Assembly (NCBI GenBank): GCA_964016885.1
Contig: OZ024741.1
Coordinates: forward strand, 57,350,001-57,414,000
Source of the DNA: Eledone cirrhosa
Lineage: Eukaryota
Direction of reading: 5' to 3'
Length of the DNA: 64,000 nucleotides
The position numbers and the translations under genes were made by a program. The notes below the pieces were generated by a model. The model saw only the letters and a list, made by a program, of their open reading frames with translations. It was not told where the DNA came from and did not search any database. Shown piece after piece: positions 61,113 through 64,000 of this stretch (positions are counted from its first letter, which is position 1; every line of letters begins with the position of its first letter).

Positions 61113-61209
61113 ATCTGGCAAACGTTCCCGATCTCGGTCTCATTCTCGCCGCTCAGGATCTCGTTCAAAGCGTTCGCGGTCTCGTTCTCGATCTAGATAC
61201 TCAAGGTGA
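61113..61209 (+). CDS. LUC7L2: Luc7-like exon 8 (SGKRSRSRSHSRRSGSRSKRSRSRSRSRYSR*)
   Basis: CTTTCAG acceptor in the correct phase, RS dipeptides, TGA at 61207-61209, AATAAA at about 61425 and 61555. AG|GTGAAA at 61205/61206 could instead be a donor to a further exon. Confidence 0.85.
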
Positions 61210-62492
61210 AATAGTGCTTTGATGTGTGTGAATTTGTACATACTTAATCGTTAACTGAAAAGAAAAAAAAAAGATCTCGATATGGGAGGCTGCATGGTTA
61301 AAAAAAGAAAAAACAAAAGTGGAAGGCAAGCAAATTATTAAGCTCAGAATGTCTGGTCACATTTTGCTATTATTCTAGGCTTCCACTGGACTTTGCTAGA
61401 CTTTTTATTAAAGATTTATATCTTAATAAACTTGGTTGATATAAACAATGATGTTATTTTTTTTATTTAAATTTTGTATACTACTTTTGAGGGTTGAAAT
61501 TCACACTATAATCCAAAATAGTGTCAATCAATAAGTAGTCCCAAATTGTCTGTAAATAAATAAAAATAAAAAAGTGAATTATAATACTGATATTTCTACA
61601 CATATTTCCTTCTATCAAAACAAAATAAGCCTGTAGTAGCTCTTAAAAATATTTCTACTTGCATACATCATGATAGCATTGAGAAATCTTTTCATTGGAA
61701 CATTTTATGTTCAGGGTGATGACTTGATTTACAAATGTTAATGGGATACATGGAAAAATAGAAATTATGGGGCAAAAATGATGGGTCATCTACACATATT
61801 TCCACCTTGCTTCCAACTCAACATTCACAAGTTTTTTTATTATAAATTTCTATCAGGTAATGTAATTAGATTGTAAAGAAATTGGCAGGTTAACAACTCA
61901 CTGGTTAGGTGACATTGTATTATCTAAGGATAGATTTTTAAATGTAGCCCCAATGTTTAATTTAAATTTCTAAAGAAAATTGACAAGGACTTAGTCTAGA
62001 ATGGTTCAATAAATTTGGTCTTAATGTAAAATATTAGTAATTATCCATACAGATTTTCTTGTGTATATAAATCAAATTTCTTTGTTACATATATCTGACT
62101 TTATTGCTCTTTAGGGAAAACATTTTTTAATGTTAGTGTAATTATTGTTTTGACAGTAATATCTTTTCTTTTAAATAGTGTTTATTGTTCATTCAGAAAA
62201 TAGCTATATATAAAATATTTTTCAATAAAAATTGCTAGTGCATTGGTGAAGATAAATTTTGGTGTCTATCGATTATTATTTTTTAATTAGGAAAGGAATT
62301 ATACCATTCTACTTGGTTGGGGGATATAGGAGACTGGCTTCCACCAATTTTTAAAATTGTTGGAAACTGCATATATATTGTCTCATGGAAGACAACTGTT
62401 AGAATGAAATTGGTCTTTTAAACAATTTTTTTTTTTATCTATGTGATAAGCAGTCTCATTGCTTTTTCTGATAATTATACTTCATATTTGTA

Positions 62493-62950
62493 TATCATTT
62501 TAACACCTGTTTTTCTATGCTTGCATGGGTTGGATATGTCCTCAGCACAGCATCACCACTCTCCGTGTTCTTTCGTCATTTCTGAATCCCAGCGGTTTGA
62601 GGTCTGCTCTCATCACTTCTACCCAGGTCTTTCTTGGTCTACTTTTACTGTGGGTTCTTTCCACTGGCACTTCACCCATCGATCATCATCCATGTACATC
62701 ACATGTCTTTACCAACGCAGTCTTCTCTCCTGTGCACTACCTTGGATTATAAGCTCTGCCTTTCTCTAAACCTTTTCTGTCCTATCCTTATTGTTGCTAG
62801 TATACTCTGAGCATCCTCCTCTGCTGCTAATTAAGTCACCTAGATAGAAGCTATCCACTGCTTCTATGGATACTGTGACTTAAAAAGGTTTATATCATTG
62901 GTGCTCTTTCCCTTGTGCATCTTCTGCATAGAAAATCTTCCTTTCCATTA
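62493..62950 (-). mobile_element. Decayed RTE LINE 3' fragment, same family as 38800-39688
   Basis: Reverse complement matches GAGAGAAGACTGCGTTGG..ACATGTGATG..AGACCAAGAAAGACCTGGG and the CCCATGCAAGCAT tail. Confidence 0.7.
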
Positions 62951-63159
62951 TAAATGTATATATATCTGGGTGTAAGAAAGGAAAACTGGTCAATTGGGAA
63001 GGGAGATATTATTTATGTTCATAAACAGAACAAAAGTGGTACTCGTGTAAGTGCCTGAACATGGGTCACAATTCTGATCCCTCTTGTATCCTGGAGTTAT
63101 GGTCAAAGTTGGACATTGAATCCTTGGGTAGTACTATTATTCCATGTATTAAAGACGTG

Positions 63160-63342
63160 GATTGGCAGCATCAGTAGAGGGTCGGACGCCATGCTTTCCA
63201 GCATAGTTACGTCCCTTTACGATCTGAGTTCAAATCCCGCCGAGGTTGACTTTGCCTTTCATCCTTACGGGGTCGATAAAATAAAGTACCAGTAATGCAC
63301 TGGGTAATTACTGGCCTTGTGCCAAAAGTAGAAACAATTATT
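63160..63342 (+). mobile_element. tRNA-derived SINE
   Basis: Same family as 26026-26212 over its full length. Confidence 0.8.
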
Positions 63343-63744
63343 CCATGTATTAACATAGAATTATCTATATTAGCAGTGGAGGTCGAAAGAACGGGATAGA
63401 ATAATTTCAAGAAGCTACAAAAGGCTTTTCCCTCAAAATGGAAGGCAGACTATGATGCGTGCATACAAACAGCAATGTTGCATCGTTGTGAGACCTGGGT
63501 GCCGTGTACAGAATACTTGTGAAGCTTGCATGCTTTGATAGATTTGTAATGATAATATACGCAAATAGCAAAGCTAAATGAACTGAGAGAAACTAGGCAT
63601 AAGAGGAATCATGCAGTGTTCAGGAGAGGAGATTGTGATGCATAAGAAGGATGACAGCTGCATGGAAGACTTGGAATGAGGTGATAAAAGCTGACCTTCC
63701 TCAATTCCACAACTGAGATCTCTGGCGTTATTTAGTAATACAGA

Positions 63745-64000
63745 AGACCCACCTTCCTATGAAGCATGCATATAGTATGCACCACCCTCACCTCCACCCC
63801 ACTTTTCCATACACCTATGAGGACAGGCTGATGCCCACACTGCAAAGTGGTTATGCAGGTCCATGACAAAAAGCACCCAATACACTAATGTGGTTGACGT
63901 TAGGAAGTGTGTCCAGCTGTAGAAACCAAGCCAAAATCAGTTCTGTATGATGTGGCATTTCTCACAACTAACCAATGCTAGCGTGGAAAAGTGGATGTTA
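63745..64000 (+). mobile_element. SINE-like element related to the satellite host
   Basis: GCCCACACTGCAAAGTGG..GACAAAAAGCACCCAA..TTAGGAAG..CCAGCTGTAGAAACC..GCTAGCGTGGAAAAGTGGATGTTA. Confidence 0.65.

Larger units (their letters stand above)
44432..61209 (+). other. LUC7L2: Luc7-like gene span (8 coding exons, 969 nt including stop, 322 aa); U1 snRNP-associated splicing factor with two zinc fingers and an RS domain
   Basis: Exons join in frame with GT-AG boundaries. The protein matches the LUC7L/LUC7L2 subfamily rather than LUC7L3; the invertebrate gene is co-orthologous to both. Confidence 0.93.

Overview
AT-rich, microsatellite- and SINE-dense eukaryotic genomic DNA; the repeat families and composition suggest a cephalopod such as Octopus (inference). 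There is one clear host gene: an 8-exon Luc7-like (LUC7L/LUC7L2 type) U1 snRNP splicing factor on the + strand, 44432-61209, 322 aa. There is also an orphan 293-aa ORF (11112-11993) with SILK and RVxF-type PP1-docking motifs. The rest is mobile DNA. An 11-kb 48/36-bp satellite has grown inside a SINE-like element and contains a 3.5-kb higher-order duplication. A 5'-truncated RTE LINE with three C-terminal C2H2-type fingers is interrupted by an LTR element that has only one LTR and starts exactly at its primer-binding site. Helitron, piggyBac, mariner and CRE-clade remnants and many tRNA-derived SINEs are also present. The most notable unexplained signal is four sequence-unrelated, non-coding fold-back elements that each carry a minimal type I hammerhead ribozyme motif (Penelope/retrozyme-like). 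One of them shows a circularly permuted 426-nt monomer. The very long ORFs at 13-25 kb are artefacts of the satellite.
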